Shown here: positions 1-10,621 of the stretch, piece by piece | How positions within the stretch are numbered: position 1 is the first letter of the stretch | Layout: each line of letters opens with the position of its first letter | Assembly: GCA_963708025.1 (NCBI GenBank) | Contig: CAVPSB010000013.1 | Location: forward strand, 384,001 to 448,000 | Direction of reading: 5' to 3' | Source: an uncultured Candidatus Rokubacteria bacterium | GTDB lineage: Bacteria; Methylomirabilota; Methylomirabilia; Rokubacteriales; DASRDR01 | Length of the DNA stretch: 64,000 bases | Position numbers and translations under genes: made by a program | The notes under the pieces: model-generated | Told to the model about the DNA's origin: nothing | The model's database searches: none | Seen by the model: only the letters and a program-made list of their open reading frames with translations

Positions 1-176
1 AGCTGCGCCCGCAGACCGGTCAGGTAGCGGACGTTCTCGTCCTTCCAGACCAGGAGGGCGTCCAGCTCCTGCGCGACCATCCGGGCGCGCGCCTTCTCGA
101 CGCGCTGGCGGCGGAGCTCGGCGTAGTCCACGCGCGCTTCGTAGTCAACGTCGAACGGGCCCAGTGCGTAGCTCAT
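1..176 (-). CDS. M24/creatinase-N (Xaa-Pro peptidase family) protein, N-terminal part, runs off the window
   Basis: Manual translation from ATG at 176: MSYALGPFDVDYEARVDYAELRRQRVEKARARMVAQELDALLVWKDENVRYLTG, matching the creatinase-N pattern R..R....M....LDALL.....NVRYLTG. Confidence 0.7.
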   Translation of the reverse strand, partial: MSYALGPFDVDYEARVDYAELRRQRVEKARARMVAQELDALLVWKDENVRYLTGLRAQ

Positions 177-225
177 GGTTCAGCCTGACCTCTCGTCGGT
201 CGCGTGACGTGGCGGGGCCGGAATG

Positions 226-1452
<1,227 letters not shown>

Positions 1453-1467
1453 ACGGAGACAGTTGCT

Positions 1468-1508
1468 CACCCTGGCCCTCTCCCCCCGGTGGGGGGAGGG
1501 AACAGGAG
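1468..1508. repeat. Right half of the interrupted family A repeat
   Basis: caccctggccctctccccccggtggggggaggg resembles 55351-55383. Confidence 0.9.
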
Positions 1509-1519
1509 ACCAGCCTAGT

Positions 1520-2515
1520 CTAGTAGGTCACCTCGATCAGCCGGCCCTCCCGGGCGGAGCGGATCACGGCCTCCACCAACTGGGCGCTGCGCAGGCCGTC
1601 CAGGCCGGAGGGGTTCGGCTCGCGGCCCTGGCGGACGGCGTCGTTGAAGGCGGCCACGGTCCGCGTGAAGGCGTCCTTGCTGGTGTGCTGGCTCACCCGC
1701 TCGCCCGCCTCGGTCAGAACCCGCAGCTCGCCGTCACGGAGGGGTCGCGTGCAACCGATCCCCAGGATCCGCCCCTGGGTGCCGTAGATGGCGATGTCCG
1801 GCTGGTGGTGGGGCACCTTCTGGTTGGCGTTGACGTAGGCCAGCGCGCCGCTCTGGAAGCGGAGGAGCGCGAGCACCATCACCTCCAGGTCGGCCGACCG
1901 GCCCACGTCGGTCATGGCCGTCACCTCCCGCACTTCCGAGCCCAGGAGGTAGCGCAGCAGGTCGTAGGGATGCACGGCGATGTTGTTGGTCGCCCCCACC
2001 CCGGCCAGCCCGGGATCGGTGCGCCAGCCCCGGAGGGGCGCCGCCCCCGCGCTGGCCTCGACCTGGACGAGGATCACCTCGCCGATGGCCCGCTCGTCGA
2101 GCAGGCGCTTCGCCTCGACGAAGGCCGTGTGATGACGGGTCTGGAAGTTCGTGCCCAGCCGGAGCCCGGCCCGGGCGAACGCCTCCACGACCCGCCGCGC
2201 CTCCGCCACCGTCAGCGCCAGCGGCTTGTCGCACAGCACGTGCTTGCCGGCGCCGGCGGCGGCCAGGGCCTGCTCGGCGTGGAGCGCGTTCGGCGTCGCG
2301 ATGTAGACGATGTCGACCGCGCGGTCGGCGAGCATCTCCTGGTAGTCCGTGTAGGCCCGCCGGGCGCCGTGCTTGGCGGCGAAGGCGTCCGCCCGCCCCC
2401 GGTCGCGGCTGACCGCGGCGGCCAGGAAGCCCTCGCTGCCGAGCGCGTTGATCGCCGGCGCCATCGCGTTGCCGGCGATGCCGCCGGTGCCGATGATCCC
2501 CCAGCCCAGTGCCAC
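1520..2515 (-). CDS. Gfo/Idh/MocA family oxidoreductase
   Basis: WGIIGTGGIA, VYIATPNALH, GKHVLCDKP motifs. Confidence 0.93.
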   Translation of the reverse strand: MALGWGIIGTGGIAGNAMAPAINALGSEGFLAAAVSRDRGRADAFAAKHGARRAYTDYQEMLADRAVDIVYIATPNALHAEQALAAAGAGKHVLCDKPLALTVAEARRVVEAFARAGLRLGTNFQTRHHTAFVEAKRLLDERAIGEVILVQVEASAGAAPLRGWRTDPGLAGVGATNNIAVHPYDLLRYLLGSEVREVTAMTDVGRSADLEVMVLALLRFQSGALAYVNANQKVPHHQPDIAIYGTQGRILGIGCTRPLRDGELRVLTEAGERVSQHTSKDAFTRTVAAFNDAVRQGREPNPSGLDGLRSAQLVEAVIRSAREGRLIEVTY

Positions 2516-2534
2516 GGTCGTCCTCCTGGTCTAA

Positions 2535-3521
2535 CTAAGGGACGAGCAGGACCTTGCCGGTGGTCTTCCGGCCCGCCAGCGCGGCCTGGGCGTCCGCCGC
2601 CCGCTCCAGCGGATAGACGTGATCGGTCTTCAGCCTGAGCTTGCCGTCGGCGACCCAGCCGAACACGACCCGCACCCGCTCCAGCAGTTTCTCCCGGCTC
2701 TCGATGTAGTCGAACACGGTCGGCCGGGTGACGAACTGGGAGCCGACCCGCCCCAGGCGGTTCAGGTCGAACGGCGGCACGCGGCCGGCGGTGAGGCCAT
2801 AGTAGATGAGCCACCCTCGGTGGGCCAGGCAGTTGAGGCTGCGCTCGAACGTCGTCCGGCCGATGTGATCGTACACGACCCGCACGCCCTCGCCACCCGT
2901 CAGCGCGCGGACCCGGACGTCGAAGTCCTCGTACGGGATCACCTCGTCGGCGGCGCCGAACTCGAGCGCCACCGCCCGCTTCGCCTCGGTGGAGGCGGTG
3001 CCGATGACCCAGGCCCCGCGCATCCGGGCCATCTGTCCCAGGAGCATCCCGCTGCCGCCGGCGGCGGCGTGGACGAGGCAGGTGTCTCCGGGCTGGACCG
3101 GATAGGCATCGTGCGTCATCGCGTGGCCGGTCACCCCCTGGTTGAAGCACGCCGCCGCCTGGCGGAAGCCGACGCTGGCCGGGAGCGGCACCGGCCAGTG
3201 CACGTCGACGTCCAGCACCGTGTGGGTGGCGTAGGAGCCGCATCCGCCGTTGTGGTCGCCCATCCAGGCGACGCGGTCGCCGGGCCGCAGGTCCGCGACC
3301 CCCGCCCCCACCGCCTCCACCACGCCGGCGCCTTCCTGACCCACGCCGACCGGCAGCGGCACCGGCCGGAACTGGCCGCTCCGCTGGTAGATGTCGTTGA
3401 AGTTCACGCCGGCCGCCTCGATCTTGACCCGGATCTGCCCGGGACCCGGCGACGGCGTCGGCCGCTCCTCCAGCGTCATCTTCTCGGGGCCGCCGTACTC
3501 GTAGAGCCGTACGACCTTCAG
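2535..3521 (-). CDS. qor: NADPH:quinone oxidoreductase (zeta-crystallin/MDR family), paralog 1; probable CTG start
   Basis: AAGVNFNDIYQRSG, GQEGAG, HAAAGGSG, TTGKVLL; the frame extends upstream as (L)KVVRLYEYGGPE, matching the paralog N-terminus. Confidence 0.88.
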   Translation of the reverse strand: MKVVRLYEYGGPEKMTLEERPTPSPGPGQIRVKIEAAGVNFNDIYQRSGQFRPVPLPVGVGQEGAGVVEAVGAGVADLRPGDRVAWMGDHNGGCGSYATHTVLDVDVHWPVPLPASVGFRQAAACFNQGVTGHAMTHDAYPVQPGDTCLVHAAAGGSGMLLGQMARMRGAWVIGTASTEAKRAVALEFGAADEVIPYEDFDVRVRALTGGEGVRVVYDHIGRTTFERSLNCLAHRGWLIYYGLTAGRVPPFDLNRLGRVGSQFVTRPTVFDYIESREKLLERVRVVFGWVADGKLRLKTDHVYPLERAADAQAALAGRKTTGKVLLVP

Positions 3522-3522
3522 T

Positions 3523-3587
3523 TCGGGACCTCCCTCCTACCCCCCCAGCCCCCCTCCCCCACCCACTGGGGGGAGGGGGGGGCCGGA
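3523..3587. repeat. Intergenic C/G-tract hairpin repeat (family B)
   Basis: cgggacctccc...ccccctcccccacccac..gggggagggg..ccgga; related copies at 16949, 22091, 40897, 49969, 51775, 58049 and 46262 (inverted). Confidence 0.85.
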
Positions 3588-3609
3588 CGCGGTTGCTTCA
3601 TCAGCACGC

Positions 3610-4590
3610 TCAGCGGGGGAGCAGGATGATCTTCCCGGTCGTCTGCCGGCCGGCCAGCGCAGCCTGCGCCCGGGGCGCGTCGGCCAGCGGATAGCGATGG
3701 TCGATCCGCAGCTTGACCTGGCCGCTGGCGATCCAGCCGAAGACCGTCCGCGACCGCCAGAGCCGCTCCTCCCGGGTGACGAGGTAGTCGAACATCGTCG
3801 GGCGGGTCAGGAACTGCGAGCCGAGACGCGGGAGCCGGTTCAGGTCGAACGGCGGAACGCGCCGGTGCGACATCCCGTAGTAGACGAGCATCGCCCGCCG
3901 GGCCAGGCAGTTGACGGTGCGCTCGAAGGTGGCGACCCCGATGTGGTCGTAGGCGACGTCCACGCCGCGCCCGCCGGTCAGCGCGCGGACCCGGACGTCG
4001 AAGTCCTCGTACGGGATCGCCTCGTCGACGGCGCCGGTCTCGAGCGCGATCCGCCGCTTGGCCTCGGTGGAGGCGGTACCGATCACCCACGCCCCGCGCA
4101 TCCGGGCCATCTGGCCGACGAGGAGGCCGCTGCCCCCTGCCGCCGAGTGGACCAGGCACAGATCGCCCGCCTTGACCGGGTACACGGAGTGGGTCATCGC
4201 GTGGGCGGAGACGCCCTGCATCGCCGCCCCCGCGCCCTGCTCGAAGCTGAGCGCCGCCGGCAGCGGCACCAGCCACTCGGACAGGAGTAGCGCGTGGGTG
4301 CCGTAGGAGCCGCAGCCGCCGTGGTGGTCGCCGCACCAGGCGACCCGGTCCCCCGGCCGGTCGTGGACGCCGGGCCCGACCGCCTCGACGACGCCCGCGC
4401 CCTCCTGGCCGAGGTGGGTCGGCAGCGGCACCGGCCGGAACTGGCCGCTCCGCTGATAGATGTCGTTGAAGTTCACCCCGGCCGCCTCCACGCGGACGAG
4501 CACCTGGCCGGGGCCGAGCGTAGGCGTCGCTCGCTCCTCGAGCTTCATGACCTCGGGACCGCCGTACTCGTAGATCCGGAAGACCTTCAC
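3610..4590 (-). CDS. qor: NADPH:quinone oxidoreductase, paralog 2
   Basis: GTG start VKVFRIYEYGGPE; highly similar to the adjacent paralog. Confidence 0.9.
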   Translation of the reverse strand: MKVFRIYEYGGPEVMKLEERATPTLGPGQVLVRVEAAGVNFNDIYQRSGQFRPVPLPTHLGQEGAGVVEAVGPGVHDRPGDRVAWCGDHHGGCGSYGTHALLLSEWLVPLPAALSFEQGAGAAMQGVSAHAMTHSVYPVKAGDLCLVHSAAGGSGLLVGQMARMRGAWVIGTASTEAKRRIALETGAVDEAIPYEDFDVRVRALTGGRGVDVAYDHIGVATFERTVNCLARRAMLVYYGMSHRRVPPFDLNRLPRLGSQFLTRPTMFDYLVTREERLWRSRTVFGWIASGQVKLRIDHRYPLADAPRAQAALAGRQTTGKIILLPR

Positions 4591-4895
4591 GCCCGGTTCC
4601 CTCCGGCACGGCTGGAGAAGTAGACGGGGCCGACGTGCTCCTGGACCCAGCTCACCGTCGTGAAGCCGTGCTCGGTGATCCACTGGTCGTCGAGACCGGT
4701 CGCGGCCTGGGCCTGGGCCGCGGTCTCCCAGGTGGTGACGCCGATCCCCGACTCCTCGCCGGTCTGGATCAGCTCGTAGCCGACGAAGCCGGGCCGCTGG
4801 CGGTAGAGCGGATAGGCCGTGTCACGGGCCCGCTGGAGCGTCTCCTCGGCGGTGCCCTTCTGGAAGGAGTAGACGCTGACGCACGCGTGCGGCAT
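4587..4895 (-). CDS. Small dimeric alpha/beta-barrel (ABM-like) protein
   Basis: 102 aa MPHACVSVYSFQKG...RQRPGFVGYELI...TTWET pattern; overlaps the next gene by 4 nt. Confidence 0.65.
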   Translation of the reverse strand: MPHACVSVYSFQKGTAEETLQRARDTAYPLYRQRPGFVGYELIQTGEESGIGVTTWETAAQAQAATGLDDQWITEHGFTTVSWVQEHVGPVYFSSRAGGNRA

Positions 4896-5036
4896 CCCGA
4901 CCTCCTGTGCCCGTCGCGGGCGCCCCACCATACCATACAGATCGTGGAAACCTCAAAACGTTCTTGCTAAGATTACGCCGCGCTGAAGCGGGTCGGCGGG
5001 TCCATCGCTCACCAACAACCAGCCCGAGGGATCACG

Positions 5037-6065
5037 ATGAAGCCGAGAGTGTTCGTGGTGCAGCCCATCCCCGAGGTCGCGCTGAACCTCCTGCGCGAGG
5101 TGGCCGACGTCGCCGTCTTCCCGCACCTCACCCGACAGATCAGCCTCGACGAGCTGGTGGCGAACGCCCGGCGGAGCGACTACATCTTCGCGATGGGCGA
5201 CACGATCATCCCGGCCGAGGTGATCGACGCCAACCCGGACCTCAAGGGCATCTCGGTGGTGTCCCGGAAGGCGGGCAACGTCAACCTGGAGGCCGCGCGG
5301 GCGCGCCGGCTGCCGGTGGCGATCACGCACCCGGCCGACGCCGTCTACCGGAAGATCTGCAAGGTCACGGGCGACCTGACCATGGCCATGATCCTGGCCC
5401 TGGCCTACCGCCTGTTCGACTCGGACCGGTACACCCGCTGCGGGAAGTTCCAGGAGCAGACCCTGGCCCTCATGGGCGTGGGCTGCCCGGGCAAGACCGC
5501 CGGCCTGATCGGGCTGGGCATCGTCGCCGAGTTCATGGTGCCGCGCCTCCGGGCCTTCGAGATGGAAGTGCTCTACACCAAGCGCACCCGACTCGCGCCC
5601 GAGCGCGAGCGCGCGCTCGGCGTCACCTGGGCGGCCGACAAGGAGGAGGTGCTCCGGCGGAGCGACTTCGTCGTCGTCGCGTGCGATTACAACCCGAGCA
5701 CCCACCTCCTGATCGGCGCCCGCGAGCTCGCCCTGATGAAGCCCACCGCGTTCTTCCTCAACACCGCCCGGGGCCGGATCGTGGACGAGGCGGCGCTGGT
5801 CCGGGCGCTGGAGGACGGCACGATCGCCGGCGCCGGCCTCGACGTCTACTGGAACGAGCCGCCGGTCGTGCCCGACCCGGAGCCCCACCCGGGGCTCCGG
5901 AAGCTGGACAACGTGATCCTGGCGCCGCACAACGGGGGGGCCACCTGGGACGTGCGCGGCGAGATGACCATGTCGGTCGCGCGCAACATCGTGGCGATGA
6001 TCAAGGGCGAGCGGCCGCCCGGCCTCTTCAACCCCGAGATCTACGGCGAGGCCCCCAAGCACTAG
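5037..6065 (+). CDS. D-isomer-specific 2-hydroxyacid dehydrogenase (glyoxylate reductase-like)
   Basis: MKPTAFFLNTARG, AGAGLDVY.NEP, NVILAPH motifs. Confidence 0.93.
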   Translation: MKPRVFVVQPIPEVALNLLREVADVAVFPHLTRQISLDELVANARRSDYIFAMGDTIIPAEVIDANPDLKGISVVSRKAGNVNLEAARARRLPVAITHPADAVYRKICKVTGDLTMAMILALAYRLFDSDRYTRCGKFQEQTLALMGVGCPGKTAGLIGLGIVAEFMVPRLRAFEMEVLYTKRTRLAPERERALGVTWAADKEEVLRRSDFVVVACDYNPSTHLLIGARELALMKPTAFFLNTARGRIVDEAALVRALEDGTIAGAGLDVYWNEPPVVPDPEPHPGLRKLDNVILAPHNGGATWDVRGEMTMSVARNIVAMIKGERPPGLFNPEIYGEAPKH

Positions 6066-6066
6066 A

Positions 6067-6103
6067 CCCTCACCCCAACCCTCTCCCTGGGAGGGAGAGG
6101 GAG
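6067..6103. repeat. Single REP-like family A unit between convergent genes
   Basis: ccctcaccccaaccctctccctgggagggagagggag hairpin. Confidence 0.75.
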
Positions 6104-6110
6104 CGGAGAG

Positions 6111-7627
6111 TCAGTGGCCTTCGGGGGAGCTCGGGGCCGAGCTGGTCCTGAGGATCCGGACGGTCAGGAGCAGGAGGACGGCCACCGCCCCGAGGATCGC
6201 TCCCCACAGGAGGAGCGAAGGCGGCACGTCCCCCAGGTAGTCGCCGGCCCCGCGCCGGAAGGCCGCGTTGGTCTCGATGGGGTCGGCCTCGACGGCTACC
6301 GGGGAGTACGCCAGGATCTCCTTCCGGAGGCTCGCGATGTCGTAGCGCGGCGGCTGGGCCTGGGCGTTGCCGATGAGCAGGCGGTAGGCGCCGGGCGCCG
6401 CCTTGAAGGCGAGGCGCGGCACCCGGACGACGCCCTGGGCCCGCACGAGGGTGAGCGGCGCGTTGTCCCCCTCGTTGATCTCCAGGAAGAGCTCGCCTAC
6501 CCGGGACCCGTCGAGCGCGAGGACGATCGGCTCGGGGCCGGCCGGCGCACCCGGAGTCGCGGGACGGCCCGCGGGCTCGGCCGCCCGCGCGAGCGTGCCG
6601 GCGAAGAGCGTCCGCTCGCCGCCGCGCGGCCCCGGCGGAGCCGGGGCCAGGAGCCGGGCCGGCCGGCGGGCCTGGGCGGCGGAGATCGCCCAGGCGGATT
6701 CCGCCGGACCGAAGTCCTCGGCTGGGATGCCGAGCCGGCGTACCGGTCCTACGGACGGCGCGCCGCGGCTGCTGCCGGCAGGGCCTGCGCGATCTCCTGC
6801 AGGGTCTGGGCGACCTTCGGATCCTGATCGAGGAAGTGGATGTCCACGTTCCGGAGCCAGCTTCGCGCCGCTGTCCGCGCCTGGCACACCTCGACGATCA
6901 CCTCCGCCGGGCGGTGGACCTTCCCTTCGACCAGAGTGGTCTTGAAGGCATAGCTCTTGAAGATGCAGTCGGATCGGCGCCACTCGTCGGGTGCGGCCGA
7001 CTCGATCAGGATATTGAGGAACCGCGGCGACGTCGTGCTCACCGCCTCGAAGGCCCCGGGGCGGCCCAGGCGATCGCGGAGCAGCGAGAACAGGCGGGTC
7101 AGCCCGGATCGCTCGTCCGGCCACTTCGGATCGTCAACGTAGCGAAAGTGCGAGACGAAGGTCGCGATGTCGCCCGCCGACAGGGCGCGGAACGCCTGGC
7201 CCAGCATCTGCGCACTGGCAGCCTCCCCGGCGTCCGCGGTCCCGGCCGGTGCCGGGGTCCGGGCCGGCGCCGCAGCCGCCGCCGGCGGCGCCGGAGCCAC
7301 GGCCGGCGGTGCCGGAGCCACGACCGGCGGCACCGCAGCCGCGGCCGGCGGTGCCGGAGCCACCGCCGCGGGAGCCGCCGGCACGGGGGCCGACGGCTCG
7401 GGGTCGGCCGGCGCTCGGCGCGGACCCTCGATTCTCAGGATCTCCGAGTTCCGGATCGAGATCTTGCCGCCGAAATGGTAGTACTCGACGAAGTCGCCGG
7501 CCCTGCGCCAGCTGTCCACATCGATGATGTTCCCGTTCCGCAGATAGATCACGTCGGCGGAGAGGAGTCGCGGCACCAGCAGCACGCCGAGCAGCGCCAG
7601 CGTCAGTCGGGGGACGGTGCTGGACAT
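6111..7627 (-). CDS. Exported protein with a Pro/Ala linker and a DUF3999-like membrane-anchored C-terminus; probably one gene split by a frameshift near 6760
   Basis: N-part (6749-7627) has a signal peptide and DVIYLRNG; C-part has EINEGDNAPL, PPRYDI and a terminal TM helix with no clear start of its own. Confidence 0.5.
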
Positions 7628-7805
7628 GGGGACCTCCCTCGCGGCCGGAGCCTTTCGTTAACTCGGAGCCGCACTCGCACGGCAGCCCGACCAGCACCGG
7701 GCGGGGTAACGAAACTCTGACGAGTCTATGGACCGCGGGGCCCCGGTGTCAAGAAAATCGAGCCCGGCATCGGTCACGCCGGGGAATCCGGGCCCCGGCG
7801 ACCGA

Positions 7806-7890
7806 GCCCGAGGGTGGGGCCGACGCGTTCCCCCTCCTCACCCTGCCCTCTCCCGCGGAGGCGGAAAAGGGCAGGAGAGGGGTCGGGAGA
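7806..7890. repeat. Degenerate family A REP-like repeat
   Basis: cctcaccctgccctctccc...gggcaggagagggg. Confidence 0.55.
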
Positions 7891-7907
7891 TCGGGGGAGC
7901 CGCCGCC

Positions 7908-8588
7908 TCAGGCCCGGGTGTCGCGCACCAGGATCAGCTCGCCGTGCTCGTCGAGCTGGTAGACGAGCTCGCCCCTTTCGTGCAGTACCCGCACGGTGAA
8001 CGTCTCGTCGTGCTCGACCGCGACCACCAGCGCCTCGAGGGCGCCGCGCTCGGTCATCGCCACGTCCAGCCGGAGGCAGGGGACGATGAAGCTGTCGTCG
8101 GCCGTGTCGGTGAGGTCGAAGAGCTCGAGGCTCGCCTGGGTGTCCCCCGTCACCGTGGTGCGCAGGCAGGGTTCGAGCCCGCTCACCCGCGGGTGGAAGT
8201 GCGCCGAGGTCACCACGCCCCCTTCCCGCCGCGTCGTGTAGCTCGGCACCCCCCGCCCGTGTCCGCGTCGAACAGGCTGAACGTCTCCACCCCGCCGAAG
8301 TCCGAGGTCCGCAAGCAGGGCACGATCTCGCCCGTGCGGGTGCGCTCGCGGACGATGTGGTCGTACTCGATGTCCGGGCGCGCGACGACGTCCAGGACGA
8401 GCACGTCGTGGTCCCGGGCGGTGGCGCCCCGCACGGTCACCCCGAACCCGCTCGAGCAGCTCGCTCGCCGCCCGGAAGCGGAGGCGGTCGCGCAGCGTGA
8501 ACGCCTCGGCCGCGCGGGCGGCCAGCGCGCCCACCACCGCCACCGCGCCCGCGATCAGGCCCCGTCGCGTCACTGTCGTGTCAGCCAT
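7908..8588 (-). CDS. Tat-exported hypothetical protein with three PCLR motifs (two homopolymer frameshifts)
   Basis: MADTTVTRRGLIAGAVAVVG twin-arginine signal; joining frames at G-runs near 8448 and 8250 gives one continuous protein. Confidence 0.6.
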   Translation of the reverse strand: MADTTVTRRGLIAGAVAVVGALAARAAEAFTLRDRLRFRAASELLERVRGDRAGRHRPGPRRARPGRRRAPGHRVRPHRPRAHPHGRDRALLADLGLRRGGDVQPVRRGHGRGVPSYTTRREGGVVTSAHFHPRVSGLEPCLRTTVTGDTQASLELFDLTDTADDSFIVPCLRLDVAMTERGALEALVVAVEHDETFTVRVLHERGELVYQLDEHGELILVRDTRA

Positions 8589-8765
8589 TACCGGGTCCTC
8601 CTCGTGTCGCATCGGTTGCTCGATGCCATCGGGCTCGGGCGATCGCGCCCCGGGGCCTCCCCTCCCTCGCGATGCATCCGCCGTGACTCTCCCGCGCTCG
8701 CGGGCGACCGGCAGTCTACGCGATCGGGGCGGGCCGTCGCAAGCGCGACGTGGGGGCCGGAAATC

Positions 8766-9611
8766 CTAGATGGGAGGCGTGCGCGGGACCGGCGAGGGGT
8801 AGAGCTCGGGCCGCCGCCACTGGGTCAGCAGGCCCGCCTTGGCGGCGTTCTCGAGCTGGGAGCCGACCCGGTCCTCCTGGGCGCGGAGCTCCCGGATCCG
8901 CGTGAGGTTGACGTCGAGCAGGAACCGGCCGGGCCGGGTGCTCTCGAAGACGATCTCCTCCGGCGTGGCCACCATCGCCAGGCCCCGCTGCTCGGGCCCG
9001 AAGAGGTTCTGCGTGGTGACGACCACCGCCAGGTTCTCGATGGCGCGGGCCCAGATCAGGTTGCGCCAGGTGGCCCACAGCCGGTTCTTGTCCACGCCGG
9101 CGGGCAGGAAGATGACCTCGGCGCCGCGCAGCGCCAGGGCCCGGCTGACCTCCGGCACGTAGACCTCGCTGCACATCGCCAGCCCGATCACGCCGTGCTC
9201 GGTCGCGAAGACCGGGAAGTCGTCGCCGGCCACGTACTCGAAGTCCCAGTAGGCGCCGCCGGTGTAGATCCACGGCCCCGGCGGATGGGTCCGCCGGTAG
9301 CTGCCGGGGGACCCGCCCGCGGGCCGGGCCAGGCGCAGCACGTTGTGCGCCCGGCGGCCGTCACTCCCGAGCGGCTCCAGCGTGCCGAACTGCACGTACA
9401 CCCCGCAGCGCCGGGCGGCATCGGCCATCGCCGCCGTCGGGTCGAAGCGCATCGGCATGCGCCAGGGCCCGGGGTAGGTCTCGGGGAAGGCGACGATCCG
9501 GGCGCCCTCGCGGGCGGCGGCCTCGACGTGGCGGACCGCGTCGGCCACGTTCCGCTCGTCCTCCGGGGGACGGTGCGCCAGCGGCTGGACGAGCGCTAGC
9601 TTGAACCCCAT
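8766..9611 (-). CDS. Carbon-nitrogen hydrolase (nitrilase superfamily)
   Basis: MGFKLALVQ, FPETY, GLAMCSE, RAIEN motifs; TGATG coupling to the upstream gene. Confidence 0.9.
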   Translation of the reverse strand: MGFKLALVQPLAHRPPEDERNVADAVRHVEAAAREGARIVAFPETYPGPWRMPMRFDPTAAMADAARRCGVYVQFGTLEPLGSDGRRAHNVLRLARPAGGSPGSYRRTHPPGPWIYTGGAYWDFEYVAGDDFPVFATEHGVIGLAMCSEVYVPEVSRALALRGAEVIFLPAGVDKNRLWATWRNLIWARAIENLAVVVTTQNLFGPEQRGLAMVATPEEIVFESTRPGRFLLDVNLTRIRELRAQEDRVGSQLENAAKAGLLTQWRRPELYPSPVPRTPPI

Positions 9612-10615
9612 CACGCGAGTCCCAGGAGCTTGGCCAGGTTCCGCCCCAGGACCCGCGCCTCGCGCTCGCGCCCGAGACCCAGGCGCCGGATCGCGTCCAC
9701 CGGCGCCGGGTCGCCCATGTGGAACGGGTAGTCGCTGCCGATGACCACGTGCTCGTCCCCCATCCGGTCGAGCAGGAAGCGCAGCGAGAGGTCGCTGTGG
9801 ATCAGGCTGTCGCAGTAGATGCTCGCCAGGTACTCGCTCGGCCGTCGCGGCAGCCGCTCCCTCAGCTCGGCCCGCACCGCATACCCGTGGTCCAGCCGCC
9901 CGATCTGGTACGGGAAGTACCCGCCCCCGTGGGCCAGGATCACCCGGAGCCCCGGGAACCGCTCGAACACGCCGCCCAGGATCAGGCGGGCGACCGTGAG
10001 CGCCGTCTCCGTCGGGAACCCGACCAGGTTCCAGAGGTGCAGATCCTCCAGCCGCCGGACGTCTCCCGAGTTCTGCGGGTGCAGGAAGAACGGCACCCCC
10101 AGCCGCTCCGCCGCCGCCCACACCGGGGTCAGGCTCGGATCGTCCAGATCCAGCCCGTTGACGTGCGTGCACAGCTCGGCGCCCCGGAGCCCGAGCTCCG
10201 TCACCGCCCGCTCCAGCTCGCGGGCCGCCCGCGCCCCGTCCTGCATCGGCAGCGACGCGAGCCCGATGAACCGGTCGGGGTGCGCCCGGGCCAGCGCCGC
10301 CATGCCGTCGTTCATGACCCGGGCGATCCGCTCGCCGACCTCGGGGGTCGCCCAGTAGAAGAACATCTCGGGCGGCGGCCCCATCGCCGCCGCGTCCAGC
10401 TTCCGCCGGTTCAGGGCCTCCAGGATCAGCCGGTCGTCGGACAGCTCGGCGCGGAGCGTCGTGTCCGGCTCGACCGGCACCCCCGGCGGCGGGTGATACT
10501 GGAGACGGTCCCGGCCGTCCTCGGAGACCTCCACCGCCTCGCGAAACGCCCCCCGCCGCACCGCCTCGGCGAACCGCGGCGGCACGACGTGGAAGTGGAC
10601 GTCGATCGATTCCAC
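9611..10615 (-). CDS. Amidohydrolase_2 family (ACMSD-like decarboxylase/hydrolase), copy 1
   Basis: IDVHFH, FLHP, AHGGG, GSDYPF motifs. Confidence 0.92.
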   Translation of the reverse strand: MESIDVHFHVVPPRFAEAVRRGAFREAVEVSEDGRDRLQYHPPPGVPVEPDTTLRAELSDDRLILEALNRRKLDAAAMGPPPEMFFYWATPEVGERIARVMNDGMAALARAHPDRFIGLASLPMQDGARAARELERAVTELGLRGAELCTHVNGLDLDDPSLTPVWAAAERLGVPFFLHPQNSGDVRRLEDLHLWNLVGFPTETALTVARLILGGVFERFPGLRVILAHGGGYFPYQIGRLDHGYAVRAELRERLPRRPSEYLASIYCDSLIHSDLSLRFLLDRMGDEHVVIGSDYPFHMGDPAPVDAIRRLGLGREREARVLGRNLAKLLGLA

Positions 10616-10621
10616 CGGGCG

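Noticed and set aside
7255-7385. Tandem gccggagccac-type repeats
   Set aside because: They encode a Pro/Ala linker (APAPPAVAPAPP) inside a CDS
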